The position numbers and the translations under genes were made by a program. DNA of 60,492 nt, the filler included. It is 6 parts of 6 records of this genome, joined end to end, with 100 filler letters (N's around TTAATTAATTAA, not from the genome) between each part and the next. Parts side by side here need not be neighbours in the genome. Positions count along the whole stretch, not along the records: positions 1 to 16,576 come from DRR723986_18078; 5 more parts are not named here. The stretch is one strand, 5' to 3'. Shown here piece after piece: positions 1 through 10,474 of the stretch. Position 1 is the stretch's first letter. Each line of letters opens with the position of its first letter. The notes below the pieces were generated by a model, which saw only the letters and a program-made list of their open reading frames with translations, searched no databases and was not told where the DNA came from.

Positions 1-6
1 TGTTGG

Positions 7-1017
7 CTATTTGCCGTGGTATTCCCGATACCAGTTGACGAACCTGCCGAGGCCATCTTCGATAGAGGTCGCAGGACGAAAATCGATCATCTTTTCCAAG
101 TCGCTGACGTCAGCGTAGGTTTCGACGACGTCTCCTGGCTGAAGATCCATCAGGTTCTTCTCGGCTTTCTTGCCAATGGCATCCTCCAACACCTCGATGA
201 ACCGACTTAGCTGCTCCGGGTTGTTGTTGCCGATGTTGTAAACGCGGTAGGGGCAGTTGCTGGTGCCTGGATCGGGAGCCATCGGGTCGAAGCCCGCTTC
301 GGCGGTCGGCACGGTGTCAGCCAGTCGCACAAGTGCCTCGACGATGTCGCCAACAAACGTGAAATCGCGCTTCATCTTGCCATGATTGAAGACGTTGATC
401 GGCTGGCCTTCAAAGATTGCCTTCGTAAAAATATAGGCCGCCATGTCCGGACGTCCCCACGGACCGTAAACCGTAAAGAATCTCAGCCCAGTTGTTGGCA
501 GCCCGTACAAATGGCTGTATGTATGCGCCATCAATTCATTGGCTTTCTTGGTAGCGGCGTACAGACTCACTGGGTGGTCGACATTGTCATGCACCGAGAA
601 CGGTTGCCGTTTGTTGCTGCCGTAAACGCTACTGCTGCTCGCATACATGAGATGCTCAACGGAGTTGTGCCGACAAGCCTCGAGAATATTGCAAAAGCCA
701 ACAACGTTGGAGTCAATGTAGGAGTGCGGGTTTGTCAATGAGTAACGAACACCGGCCTGCGCCGCCAGGTGGATCACCCGGTCGAACTTGTGCTGCTGAA
801 ACAACCCATTGATGGCTGCTCCGTCGGACAATTCCATCTGGTGAAAACTATAACCAGGCAAGTCCGCCAACTGCGCAAGACGATCCTGCTTTAATTGCAC
901 GCTGTAATAGTCGTTGATGTTATCAATCCCGACAACTTCAACGCCTTTACTGATCAAGGCCTTTGTAAGGTGCATGCCGATAAAACCGGCGGTTCCGGTA
1001 ACGAGCATTTTGGGCAT
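7..1017 (-). CDS. NAD-dependent epimerase (UDP-glucuronate 4-epimerase-like extended SDR)
   Basis: GTAGFIG Rossmann motif, HLAAQAGVRYS, YAATKK catalytic YxxxK, FFTVYGPWGRPDMA. Confidence 0.9.
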   Translation of the reverse strand: MPKMLVTGTAGFIGMHLTKALISKGVEVVGIDNINDYYSVQLKQDRLAQLADLPGYSFHQMELSDGAAINGLFQQHKFDRVIHLAAQAGVRYSLTNPHSYIDSNVVGFCNILEACRHNSVEHLMYASSSSVYGSNKRQPFSVHDNVDHPVSLYAATKKANELMAHTYSHLYGLPTTGLRFFTVYGPWGRPDMAAYIFTKAIFEGQPINVFNHGKMKRDFTFVGDIVEALVRLADTVPTAEAGFDPMAPDPGTSNCPYRVYNIGNNNPEQLSRFIEVLEDAIGKKAEKNLMDLQPGDVVETYADVSDLEKMIDFRPATSIEDGLGRFVNWYREYHGK

Positions 1018-1316
1018 GAGTTGGACCTGTAACCTTTTCGTTTTCGCGAGCCGTTATCACAACTGTGTGGCCGCCACATTCTAATTCGCGGCGAGATTAA
1101 TCAAAGCACTACGCCCGGGCTAGGTGTGGTGAGAAGAAAATGTAGGACACCCTCTACCGATTATCCCGAGTAGATGTCGCCAAGCCGGCGAAATTGCCGC
1201 CGAGCTGGCAAGGGTGCCTGCGCAATCGCACCCCGCCAGTTTTCCGGCACAGATGCCAACCCAAGGATGAGTGACGCGTGAACTGGGCTATTTGGCCGTG
1301 TTCGACGCGATTCTGT

Positions 1317-2981
1317 TTAGTCCTTGGACGGCGTCAGTGCGTCTTTTTCTAAGAACGGCAGCGTGATGAGATTGCCGGACGCATCGCGACAATCACATTC
1401 CAAGTGCTCAGGGAACAAGCCTTCGCTACCGAGAATCTGAACAGAAACGCCCGTCCGTTCTTCGATGTCGATCACGTCGCGGCGTTTCTTATTGTTCAAA
1501 TAAGCGGCTACGGTGTCGTTGACGCGGATCGTCACTCGGTTCGCTCGCGGTTGCTGGCAAGCCATCATGAGGATTCGCACAACCTCAATGGCCATGCTCT
1601 CGCCCGACTTAACGACTCCACGCCCTTGGCAGCATGGGCAATCGTCGTAGACGCTCTTCTTCAAGCCTGGTCGAATGCGCTGACGCGTCATTTCAATCAA
1701 ACCAAATGGGCTGGTGCGGAGAATCTTTGTCCTTGCCCGGTCACGCTGCATCGCATCGCGGAGCGAACGCTCGACCTTTCGCCGGTGCGACTCGCGGCGC
1801 ATATCGATGAAGTCATTTACGATGACTCCACCCAGGTCGCGCAGTCGCAATTGCCGGGCAATCTCTTTCGACGCGGCCATGTTTAGTTGGAAGGCGGTCT
1901 CTTCTGCAGAATCGTCGGTGCGGAACGAGCCACTGTTTACGTCAATTGCGACGAGGGCTTCAGTTGGATCGATAACGATCGACCCGCCACTTTTAAGCGG
2001 TACTGTTCTCCGCTGAATCATAGCGATCTCTTTCTCGAGATCGTATTTGTGGAAGAGGGGTTCCTGACCCTCGTAGAACTTCAGCCGATCGACATACTTG
2101 GGCATCACAAGCTGAAGGAATTCTCGAGCTCGATCGTAGGCCTCTTTCTGGTCTACCAGAATCGTATCGATGTCTTCGTTGAAGATATCTCGAATCGTGC
2201 GAATGATCATATCGCTTTCTTCGTAGATATTCGCCGGTGCTGGTGTGTTCTGCACTCGCTTAACGAGCACTTTCCACAGCCGCGTCAGGTAGGCCATGTC
2301 GCGCCCGAGCTCTCGCTTGCTGCGCTCTTGCCCCGCGGTACGGACGATGAATCCCAGGCCCTTTGGTGGATTCAAATCTAAAAGAATCTGCCGCAGTTCC
2401 CGTCGCTGTTTTTCGTCTTCAATTTTCCGGCTAACACCGACTCGCCCCAGAGCGGGCATGAGGACCAAGTATCGTCCGGGAATGCTGATGTAGGTCGAGA
2501 GCGTGGGGCCTTTTGAACCAATGCCCTCTTTGATGACCTGTACAAGAACTTCGTCACCGCGTTTGAAAATCTCTTGGATTGGCGGCTTGAATCGAGGCCT
2601 CGTGCTGCGGAAGCTCTTACGTCGCCGCGGGCGGCTTTCTCGACCTTCACGGCCATCTCGACTATCGCCACCACGATCATCGTCGGTGTCCGCACCAGGC
2701 ACGTTGCCTTCCATGATCTCTTCTGGATCGTAGCCAGCTTGACGGAAGTACTGCGCTTCGACGTCGCTGATATGCAGGAAGCCGTTTCGGCCAACTCCAA
2801 AGTCAACGAATGCAGCTTGGATACTCGGTTCCAAGTTGACAATCTTGCCTTTGTAGATGTTCCCTGCGAAATTGTTTTGGCTGGCACGCTCGGTGTACAG
2901 CTCTTCGAGAACGTTGTCCTCCATGATCGCAATCCGGCATTCTTCCGGCTGCGATACATTGACAAGCATTTCGTTTTTCAT
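1317..2981 (-). CDS. Ribonuclease E/G family (catalytic domain only)
   Basis: GNIYKGKIVNLEPSIQAAFVDFG S1 start, IDVNSG, LRLRDLGGVIVNDFIDM, CPCCQGRG Zn-link. Confidence 0.95.
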   Translation of the reverse strand: MKNEMLVNVSQPEECRIAIMEDNVLEELYTERASQNNFAGNIYKGKIVNLEPSIQAAFVDFGVGRNGFLHISDVEAQYFRQAGYDPEEIMEGNVPGADTDDDRGGDSRDGREGRESRPRRRKSFRSTRPRFKPPIQEIFKRGDEVLVQVIKEGIGSKGPTLSTYISIPGRYLVLMPALGRVGVSRKIEDEKQRRELRQILLDLNPPKGLGFIVRTAGQERSKRELGRDMAYLTRLWKVLVKRVQNTPAPANIYEESDMIIRTIRDIFNEDIDTILVDQKEAYDRAREFLQLVMPKYVDRLKFYEGQEPLFHKYDLEKEIAMIQRRTVPLKSGGSIVIDPTEALVAIDVNSGSFRTDDSAEETAFQLNMAASKEIARQLRLRDLGGVIVNDFIDMRRESHRRKVERSLRDAMQRDRARTKILRTSPFGLIEMTRQRIRPGLKKSVYDDCPCCQGRGVVKSGESMAIEVVRILMMACQQPRANRVTIRVNDTVAAYLNNKKRRDVIDIEERTGVSVQILGSEGLFPEHLECDCRDASGNLITLPFLEKDALTPSKD

Positions 2982-3176
2982 AGTAATTTCCTTCGATAAG
3001 GTTGCTTACTGCGTTGCACCGGGGCGCTTCGCTCACGCGGCATACTGCACAACTCAAGAGAACAGGGAGTTTCCTCGGCTGTACTCCGGAACGTCGTGAT
3101 GAACCGCGATCTAATTGTGTGTTTCGTTTTTGCCTCGCGCGAGCGAAGCGGTTGTATTGTGTTTCACTGTTTGCCG

Positions 3177-3821
3177 TTAGCCCTTGGCCACCGGCTCAAG
3201 CAGCTCGACATGTGTCCGCCGCAGTGTTTGTCCCGACTGGAGCAATTCACCGAGCCCAATCTGCTCAAGTAATTCTGATGGCCGTATCGCTGGGCCGTTG
3301 AGTGTGGGCAAGGAAAATGAAAGTTTACCGTTGCTGAGGCCAATCGCGAACTTAGGGTGCTGCAAGTCGCATTCGATTTGTTTGTTGTCTCGCTGTAGGG
3401 TCAAGAGCTCCTGTCCCTGAAGCTCCTGCAAGCGTTGTTCGAGCGAGGCACGATTTTCGTCGGGAATGTCGATTTCGTAGGTTACAAAATCAACTTTGGC
3501 TTTCCCCAGTTTGTAGGTTGGCGATTCGACGCTGAGCAGTTGCATGCCGGCCGGCACTTGAGCTTTGATTTTGGTTTCGATTTCCGCAAGTGCGATCTCA
3601 CCCAGGACCTCCAGCTCGACAATTTCCTCAAGCGCCTCAATTCCGAGGGCAAGTGCGGACGGAAAACTAATCTTGGGCTTCGGGTGAAAGCCTTCGCTAA
3701 ACGCTAATTGCAAATCCGCGCGACGAAGCAAACGCTCCCAAACACGCGCCAAGTCACGGTGGCTAATCCAACGCAGGTCCCCAGCCTTGGTAAATCTGAT
3801 TCGCAGTCGTGTTTTTTCCAT
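3177..3821 (-). CDS. TIGR03936/DUF2344 radical-SAM-linked protein
   Basis: RLRIRFTKAGDLRWISHRDL...FSEGFHPKPKISF N-terminal signature; lies directly upstream of the RNase E/G gene, a usual position for this family. Confidence 0.85.
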   Translation of the reverse strand: MEKTRLRIRFTKAGDLRWISHRDLARVWERLLRRADLQLAFSEGFHPKPKISFPSALALGIEALEEIVELEVLGEIALAEIETKIKAQVPAGMQLLSVESPTYKLGKAKVDFVTYEIDIPDENRASLEQRLQELQGQELLTLQRDNKQIECDLQHPKFAIGLSNGKLSFSLPTLNGPAIRPSELLEQIGLGELLQSGQTLRRTHVELLEPVAKG

Positions 3822-3825
3822 CGCT

Positions 3826-5574
3826 TTACACCTCTTGCACCGTCTCGGGCAGCACGTCTGCTAGCCATGTTTGCATAAAGACGTCAATTTCACGGGCTGT
3901 CTGGAATTCAAAAACGCGTGAAGCCAACTTCTCACACTCTTCTAAGCTCACCTGACGTATAGCCTGCTTGACTGCAGGCAGGGCCGTAGGTGGAGCAGAC
4001 AATTGTCGTACTCCCATGCCAACCAACATCAGGGCCGAGCACGGGTTCGCGCTCATCTCTCCACAAACACTTACATCGATCCCCGCCTTCAGAGCAGTAT
4101 CGACTGAGCTGCGAATCAATCGCAATACTGCTGGGTCATGACCAGCATAAAGATCGGCAACGAACTCGTTTCCACGGTCCACGGCCATCGTGTATTGAAT
4201 CAGGTCATTCGTTCCGATACTGATGAAATCGACTTCTTCAATGAAATGCTCCAACATGACGACTGCCGCTGGGACTTCGACCATCATCCCAACTTCAATC
4301 CGCTCTGGCAAACACTGCCCTTCTTCCTCTAGGTCCTCGATGACTTGTCGAAGCAGCCATCGGGCCGACCGCAGTTCGTGCAGGGTCGTTACGAGCGGAA
4401 ACATGATCTTTAGATTGCCACTGCAACCGGCTCTCAACATAGCGCGCAATTGAGTGCGGAACATTTGCGGCTGACGTAAAGACAGTCGAATGCTCCTGAG
4501 TCCGAGGAACGGATTGGCTTCAGGTTCGTCGATCTGTGTTTGGTCAGCGACTTTGTCCGCTCCGAGATCCAAGGTTCGCATCACCACTGGTCGTCCATCC
4601 AGGGCTCGAACGACACTTAAGTAATTCTCATACTGCTGTTGCTCGGTAGGCTCCTGGTCACAACCAAGATAGAGAAACTCGGTACGATAGAGCCCGACGC
4701 CCTCGGCACCTCGCTGCAAACTGGATTCGACTTCGTATGGGAATTCGATGTTCGCGAGCAGTTTGATGTCGGTTCCATCTGTTGTTCGAGCGGGTAGGTC
4801 CTTGATTTCTCCCAAGCGGCGTGCGCGGTCCGTTCCCGCTTGGCTGCGTTGCAGGTAGCGGTCGACGGTTGCTTGGTCGGGATGCAGGATGACCCTACCT
4901 TGAAAACCGTCGATGATGACATCGCTTCCTGGGTTCACGCGGTGCAAGAATGCTCCAACGCCGACCACTGCGGGCAGCTCCATTCCCCTGGCGACAATCG
5001 CTGTATGCCCCCCGGGACCGCCCACTTCGGTGCAGAACCCCAAGACCTTTGATCGATCGAGATTGGCCGTTTCGCTTGGCGTAAGGTCGTGGCTCATCAA
5101 AATGGATTGGCCGTCACCACCGGTTTGCTCTTCGGGGTTGCCACCCAGTGACTCGAGCAAAATGCGTTCTACGTCGCGGATGTCGCCCGCTCGCTCGCGC
5201 ATGGCTTCGGAACCCATACTGCGAAACGCCTGGGCGTATCGATTGAGGACGGTTGAGATCGCAAATTCAGCGCTATAACAATCCTTTTCAATCAGAAGAT
5301 CCCACTCGCGTTTTAGACTGGGATCGTTGAGGACGCTTTGGTGAGCTGAGAAAATTGCGCCAACGTGTTCACCAAGTGCGTTCGCAGAATCCTGGCGCCG
5401 CTTATCCAGTTTCTGGGAAGCGTCTTCAATGGCCGCGGTTAGGCGGTGTTGCTCACTTGGGCGGTCCGAGGAATCGATCTGCGATCGTGTGATTCGATAG
5501 CCTTCACGGTCAAGGATGAGTACCTTGCCGATGGCAACTCCTGGGGAGACCGCAATACCTTGCAGTTCCAGCAT
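3826..5574 (-). CDS. ptsI: PTS enzyme I (PEP-protein phosphotransferase), paralog 1
   Basis: GIAVSPG, GHTAIVARG phospho-His, GLYRTEF, RTLDLGADK, NPFLGLRSIR, IGTNDL, VCGEM. Confidence 0.93.
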   Translation of the reverse strand: MLELQGIAVSPGVAIGKVLILDREGYRITRSQIDSSDRPSEQHRLTAAIEDASQKLDKRRQDSANALGEHVGAIFSAHQSVLNDPSLKREWDLLIEKDCYSAEFAISTVLNRYAQAFRSMGSEAMRERAGDIRDVERILLESLGGNPEEQTGGDGQSILMSHDLTPSETANLDRSKVLGFCTEVGGPGGHTAIVARGMELPAVVGVGAFLHRVNPGSDVIIDGFQGRVILHPDQATVDRYLQRSQAGTDRARRLGEIKDLPARTTDGTDIKLLANIEFPYEVESSLQRGAEGVGLYRTEFLYLGCDQEPTEQQQYENYLSVVRALDGRPVVMRTLDLGADKVADQTQIDEPEANPFLGLRSIRLSLRQPQMFRTQLRAMLRAGCSGNLKIMFPLVTTLHELRSARWLLRQVIEDLEEEGQCLPERIEVGMMVEVPAAVVMLEHFIEEVDFISIGTNDLIQYTMAVDRGNEFVADLYAGHDPAVLRLIRSSVDTALKAGIDVSVCGEMSANPCSALMLVGMGVRQLSAPPTALPAVKQAIRQVSLEECEKLASRVFEFQTAREIDVFMQTWLADVLPETVQEV

Positions 5575-5983
5575 TAATTGTACACCTAGGCCGCATTGGG
5601 GCGTCTTCGAGATGTCGGTCTACCGCGTTGGATCGCAGCAGCGGGGAACGATGCCCGATGGGCTGCGTGCAACAGGACCGATCATCCGAAAATCAAAAGA
5701 CCAGCAAGGCTGAACTAGGTGCTTTCTGTTGTAAATTGTTGGTTTGTTTCGTGAAGAACCTTCGAGCGGCGGTCGCAGCGAAAGCTCTTAAGGCCCCTAA
5801 GGGAGCAAGGCCTGCATTTGTTTTAGCCGCCAGACCCCAAGCAGCACTACTTCACGGCAAGTGCCACATTGTGTTGGCATTTGCGGTGAAGCAATCGAGC
5901 AAGGCGGATCGTGCAGGACTGCCTGCTCTGGCGACAACTCGTTTTGTATTCGTAAAAGTGTTTCACCGCGGGGGCGGTGTGCG

Positions 5984-6277
5984 TTAGGAAGGCGCAACTT
6001 CCTGGTCAAGTTCGTCGAAACCTCGTTCGAACAACTCGCAAATCATGTCGGCGGCCGCCTGAGCGTCTTCACCAACTGTGCGGAGCGACAGCTCCGTGCC
6101 CTGAGCAGCGCCAAGGGTCAGGATGCTGAGAATGCTTTTGCAATCGCAGGCCTGGCCATCTTTGACGATTTCGACCTGACATTCGAATTGCTGCGCAGCG
6201 CGCGCCAGTGCATCCGCTGGGCGCATGTGAATGCCCAGTGGATTAATGACGGTTACGCTTCGTAAGACTTCAGACAT
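5984..6277 (-). CDS. ptsH: HPr phosphocarrier
   Basis: GIHMRPA (His15 motif) and KSILSILTLGA (Ser46 motif). Confidence 0.93.
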   Translation of the reverse strand: MSEVLRSVTVINPLGIHMRPADALARAAQQFECQVEIVKDGQACDCKSILSILTLGAAQGTELSLRTVGEDAQAAADMICELFERGFDELDQEVAPS

Positions 6278-6394
6278 CAGAGCGGGGCTCGCTAGGCATC
6301 AAAGTGCTGTGAGTCGGTGTTGACCGACTACAACAGCCTGAATCGAATCTGCTTCAAAGTGCTCCACGCGAGAGCACTTCAGGCAGGTTGCATA

Positions 6395-6874
6395 CTAGCT
6401 GCGGACAAACTGATCGTTGTCTGCTTCTTCGAGCAACTGAACAATGTCTTCAGAATTCTTGCTCTGCTTTAGGAAGCGGCAGAACGTTTCATCGCGGAGC
6501 TGGCGTGAGATGTTTTCCAGCGCACGCAGGTGATCTCCAGGGCGATCCGGTGGCGAGACGAGCAAGAAGAACAATTGAACTTTCTCGCCATCGAGGCTTT
6601 CAAAATCGACACCGTCGATGCTAACACCAACGGTTCCAACCAGCTTGTCAACGCTGGGGTGCTTCGTGTGAGGTACAGCGACGCCACGTCCGATGCCAGT
6701 CGAACCCAGTTCTTCACGCTTCATGATAGCGCGAATGATATCGTCCTTGTCTGCCTCTTTGATGTCACCTGCGGCCAGCAACGAATTGACTAGCTCAGTA
6801 ACAACACCTTCTTTGTCGACCGACTCCAAATCGGGGCAGATCGACTTATTGCTAATGAAATCAGAGAACTTCAT
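6395..6874 (-). CDS. PTS EIIA (Fru/Ntr-type), stand-alone
   Basis: REELGSTGIGRGVAVPH motif, HLRAL; start placed at MKFSDF. Confidence 0.9.
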   Translation of the reverse strand: MKFSDFISNKSICPDLESVDKEGVVTELVNSLLAAGDIKEADKDDIIRAIMKREELGSTGIGRGVAVPHTKHPSVDKLVGTVGVSIDGVDFESLDGEKVQLFFLLVSPPDRPGDHLRALENISRQLRDETFCRFLKQSKNSEDIVQLLEEADNDQFVRS

Positions 6875-7005
6875 GAATTGTAACCTTTCCAAGTAGGTAA
6901 CCTGCCGAGAGGGCTCATCCCCTCAATCGAGCCGATTCGCGCCAGCGCGTAGTTGGTGCTTGCTTTTGTACAAGCGGGTCTTCCGAACTACGTTTGCCAA
7001 CGCGA

Positions 7006-7344
7006 TTATTCGGCTTCATCGGCCGGCATAATGTGCTTTACTCCCGACGCTTTATGGCCGGTAGTCTTTTCTTTGTGTTTGCGAAGCTGTTGTTCAACCT
7101 TGGCAATTGCACCATCCAACGCGCTAATGACGTTGGTTGCGGTGGCCGAGGCAACAAAATCTGGAGCGTGTTCTGCAGAAACGTTGATTTCAACGCTCGG
7201 GCTTTCCTGGTGCTGCATGTCAACGATGACCTGTACAGCATTAATGCGGTCCAGAAGCCGTTTCACCTTCTCTGCCTTCTCAGAAATCACAGTTTGATCG
7301 TGAGCAGAGAGCGAGCCGTGTCGAGCAGAAACGTTTACTTGCAC
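7006..7344 (-). CDS. hpf: Ribosome hibernation promoting factor (HPF/RaiA)
   Basis: MQVNVSARH...ALDGAIAKVEQQLRKHKEK pattern; upstream of EIIA, as in rpoN-type clusters. Confidence 0.88.
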   Translation of the reverse strand: MQVNVSARHGSLSAHDQTVISEKAEKVKRLLDRINAVQVIVDMQHQESPSVEINVSAEHAPDFVASATATNVISALDGAIAKVEQQLRKHKEKTTGHKASGVKHIMPADEAE

Positions 7345-7867
7345 GTAAATTACTCCGTGTGCGAATCTTGGTGTGCGTGGCTCGTCGCTTGGTGGAGCGA
7401 CAAACCGGCAGCTATTCCTTCTTCAATCCCAGCGGCCGGCCAAGTGTGCAGCCCGCGCTGTGCATTATTACCTCGTATTAGCCGAAAACGGCGATTTTGG
7501 CTAGACGCAGATCACGTCTGAGCTGCCATTCGGCATCGTTTCGCCCTAGCTCAAAACCCCTCCGAAGGGGTGGTTGCTAGCTCGGCTGGTGGCGGCATTG
7601 TATCCGCTTCAGCTCGCGCGGCCAAACGGGATTGCCACTCATGGGATTGCCACTCAAAAACGACCATTCCAACAGCGGTTTTCCGTGTCGGTCAGGCCGT
7701 CTACCTGCCCGCGGCAGCATTTTTCAACAACAAAAGCGGCTTCTGGGCAGTAGCCTTGCCGATTATCCCTGTAGCGACAATCGACGGCCAAGTCTGCAAT
7801 CCAAGCTTAAGCCTAGCATTTTCGTAACTTCCACAACGCCAATTCCCAAGCCAGGAGCGCACTGAAA

Positions 7868-8206
7868 ATGGCAAATGAGCACCAGATCGTGCTTTGGCTG
7901 GCGTTTGCAGCGATTGGAGTGATCATCCTCAGTAGCTTGGCTCGACGCGTGCAGGGGGTTTTGCACGACCTGCTGCTCGAAAACGTGGAAAATCAACGTG
8001 AATGGTTGAAAAAGAAAGCCAAAGCCACGCACATGATACGCTTGGCCGCCCGCAAAAAGGCGAAGGAAGAGGCCGCCTTCTTGGCTTCGCAGCAAGCCAC
8101 TATCGCTCAAGCGGAAAAGGTTGCCGAGCAAATGTCAGCAGTTGAGACGCTGGTGCAGGCCTCCGAAGCTGCCGGTCAGCCAGTTGATTCGGGGGCTAAT
8201 TCGTAG
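7868..8206 (+). CDS. Hypothetical small membrane-anchored protein
   Basis: ATG with AGGAG upstream; N-terminal hydrophobic helix followed by Ala/Lys/Glu-rich helix. Confidence 0.55.
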   Translation: MANEHQIVLWLAFAAIGVIILSSLARRVQGVLHDLLLENVENQREWLKKKAKATHMIRLAARKKAKEEAAFLASQQATIAQAEKVAEQMSAVETLVQASEAAGQPVDSGANS

Positions 8207-8954
8207 TTGGCCCGGCGGGCTAGCCGCCACTTCAGATCTAAAGCTGGCCTCGCAAGAAGCTGCCGTTACCTGTCTTGATCGGCAGTGAGAGCATATCCAG
8301 GTGCTAAACACGGGGAGCGTTCGGGCGTCCACGCGAGGTGTACCGCTCCCCGTGCGATAGCTTGCAGTTCTAGCTCGATAATTTTCTCTGAGTGCTTCGT
8401 TGGCTGTTGTGCTGCCTTCTCAAGCCGGGCATTTGTTGGCCACAATCGCCAATAGACGCCAACTGCGATCGCCCGAAGGTGCGTGTGAATCGAACGAGTC
8501 GTGACTGGCAAACGCACTGCCTACTAACCACATGGCAATTTTTCGCCCGAAGCGACACGCCTTCGGAAAAGTTTTTCGACTTAGTTTTGCCCACGTGGGT
8601 TTTCGATGAGAGTTCAAGCTCAGACACGTGGCGTTCAAGTCCAGTAAATCGATACAGTGATCTACTGCAGCCCCGACTGGGCTATGTCTCGGGTTTGCGG
8701 TGTCTCGGGTTCGTGTCTCCAGGCTACCTCGCAGTCGGCTTGCCTGCTTTTGTGACGCCGAGACGGACCGGGCTGGCAACTCTTCCCGGCGTTACCACTC
8801 CCGGCGCGAATTCACGTCGGCTATGATTTTCTGACTCTGCTGCTCTTTGAGAAATCTGCTGCCCGCCCAGAAAACAGTGAGCAAGCAGCCGAGCTCGCGA
8901 ACGTCGCCCTGCGCCCGGTTCCTAACAACTGCTGATTGAATCACCGACCCTTCA

Positions 8955-10436
8955 ATGCACTTACCCGGTGAAGCACCTGATTTTGCGACTGAGCCAGCTT
9001 GGGAGCCATTGGTTCGCAAGCTGCCACATACCTGGACTCCCGAGTACTGCTTTCGCCGGCTCAGCAAGCATCCCGGGTGCGTGTGGCTCGATAGCTCGAT
9101 GCAGTCCGAGGCGCTCGGTCGCTATAGCTACATGGGCGTGCTGCCCAGCAGTACAGTCCGAGCGGATAACTTGGCGTCGCGCCCGCTCGAAATCATCAAA
9201 CGCTCCATTTCGGCTGCCAATACAAAACGAATCGTCGAGCTGCCTCCGATGCAAGGTGGCTGGATCGGTTGCCTGGGATACGAGTATGGGGCCGCTCTGG
9301 AGAGAATTCCCGTAGCAAAGACCAACGACTTTGATTTGCCGATCGCGCATTTTGGCTTCTACGACTGCATCCTATGCTGGGATCACACCTTGGGCCAAGG
9401 GTGGATTGTTTCCCAGGGCATGCCGGGCCGAAAAACGGAACGGCGAAGTGCAATTGCGTACCAACGTATGACGCAACTGCTTGCTATCCTGGACGCCCCA
9501 CCACCGGCTACCAGTGCAAGAACGAACCCCAGCAGCGAGCGCTTCGACGGCTACGACAAACGTTTGCCAGCCGATCGCTTGGCGCCTCAGTTCCCGACGC
9601 GCTGGTCGAATCGCTGGTCAAGCAACTTTTCGGCGTTGGACTACCGCCGAGCTGTGGCCCGTTGTGTCGAGTACATTCATGCTGGCGACATTTTTCAAAC
9701 CAACCTCTCCCAGCGTTTGCTTGGCCATGCAACTGCCACATCGCCAGAACTGTACTTGCACCTGAGGCAATGCAGCCCAGCACCATTTAGCGGATATGCT
9801 GACTTTGGTCGCACGCAGATTGTGAGCACTTCACCAGAGCGGTTTATTCGCCTGCAAGATGGCAAGATCGAGACGCGCCCGATCAAGGGCACACGTCCTC
9901 GGCTCAGTGACCCAACTGCGGACAGCGGGATGGCAGAGCTTCTTGCGGCCAGCCCGAAGGATCGCAGTGAAAACATCATGATCGTCGACCTTTTGCGAAA
10001 CGACATTTCACGCGTTGCGCAAGACGATTCGGTCAAGGTGCCTGCTCTGTGTGCAGTGGAGCGATATCCGTATGTTTGGCATTTGGTTAGTGTCATTGAA
10101 GCTGAGTTGGCCGCGGGCCGAGATGCAGCCGACCTGGTCCAAGCAACCTTCCCCGGAGGATCCATAACTGGCGCTCCCAAAATCCGCGCGATGGAGATTA
10201 TTGCGGAGCTTGAGCCGACCCAACGCGGCCCCTACTGCGGCAGTTTGGGCTATTTCAGCTTGACCGGAGATGTCGACTTCAACATCCTGATCCGTACACT
10301 CACTTCCTGCGGTGGTTGGTGGCAGGTGCCCGTCGGCGGTGGAATTGTGGCCACCAGCGATCCTCACCTGGAAGAACAAGAGACCTGGCACAAGGCAGAG
10401 GGAATCCTGCGAGCGATTGATCGAATGGAAAAATGA
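8955..10436 (+). CDS. pabB: Aminodeoxychorismate synthase component I
   Basis: GRYS, GDIFQTNLSQR, SPERF, PIKGT (Lys typical of PabB rather than TrpE PIAGT), ENIMIVDLLRND, FPGGSITGAPK. Confidence 0.88.
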   Translation: MHLPGEAPDFATEPAWEPLVRKLPHTWTPEYCFRRLSKHPGCVWLDSSMQSEALGRYSYMGVLPSSTVRADNLASRPLEIIKRSISAANTKRIVELPPMQGGWIGCLGYEYGAALERIPVAKTNDFDLPIAHFGFYDCILCWDHTLGQGWIVSQGMPGRKTERRSAIAYQRMTQLLAILDAPPPATSARTNPSSERFDGYDKRLPADRLAPQFPTRWSNRWSSNFSALDYRRAVARCVEYIHAGDIFQTNLSQRLLGHATATSPELYLHLRQCSPAPFSGYADFGRTQIVSTSPERFIRLQDGKIETRPIKGTRPRLSDPTADSGMAELLAASPKDRSENIMIVDLLRNDISRVAQDDSVKVPALCAVERYPYVWHLVSVIEAELAAGRDAADLVQATFPGGSITGAPKIRAMEIIAELEPTQRGPYCGSLGYFSLTGDVDFNILIRTLTSCGGWWQVPVGGGIVATSDPHLEEQETWHKAEGILRAIDRMEK

Positions 10437-10474
10437 CGCTGCTCGTAGCCTGATTACCGCATGAATACACTATC

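Noticed and set aside
5575-5983. 410-bp spacer between ptsH and ptsI as a possible sRNA or leader
   Set aside because: No recognisable structure or motif by eye.
8207-8954. 750-bp gap with overlapping short ORFs, a TGTCTCGGGTT repeat and a GG-N10-GC sigma-54-like match near 8506
   Set aside because: No convincing protein or RNA family is recognisable, and the sigma-54 match is weak.
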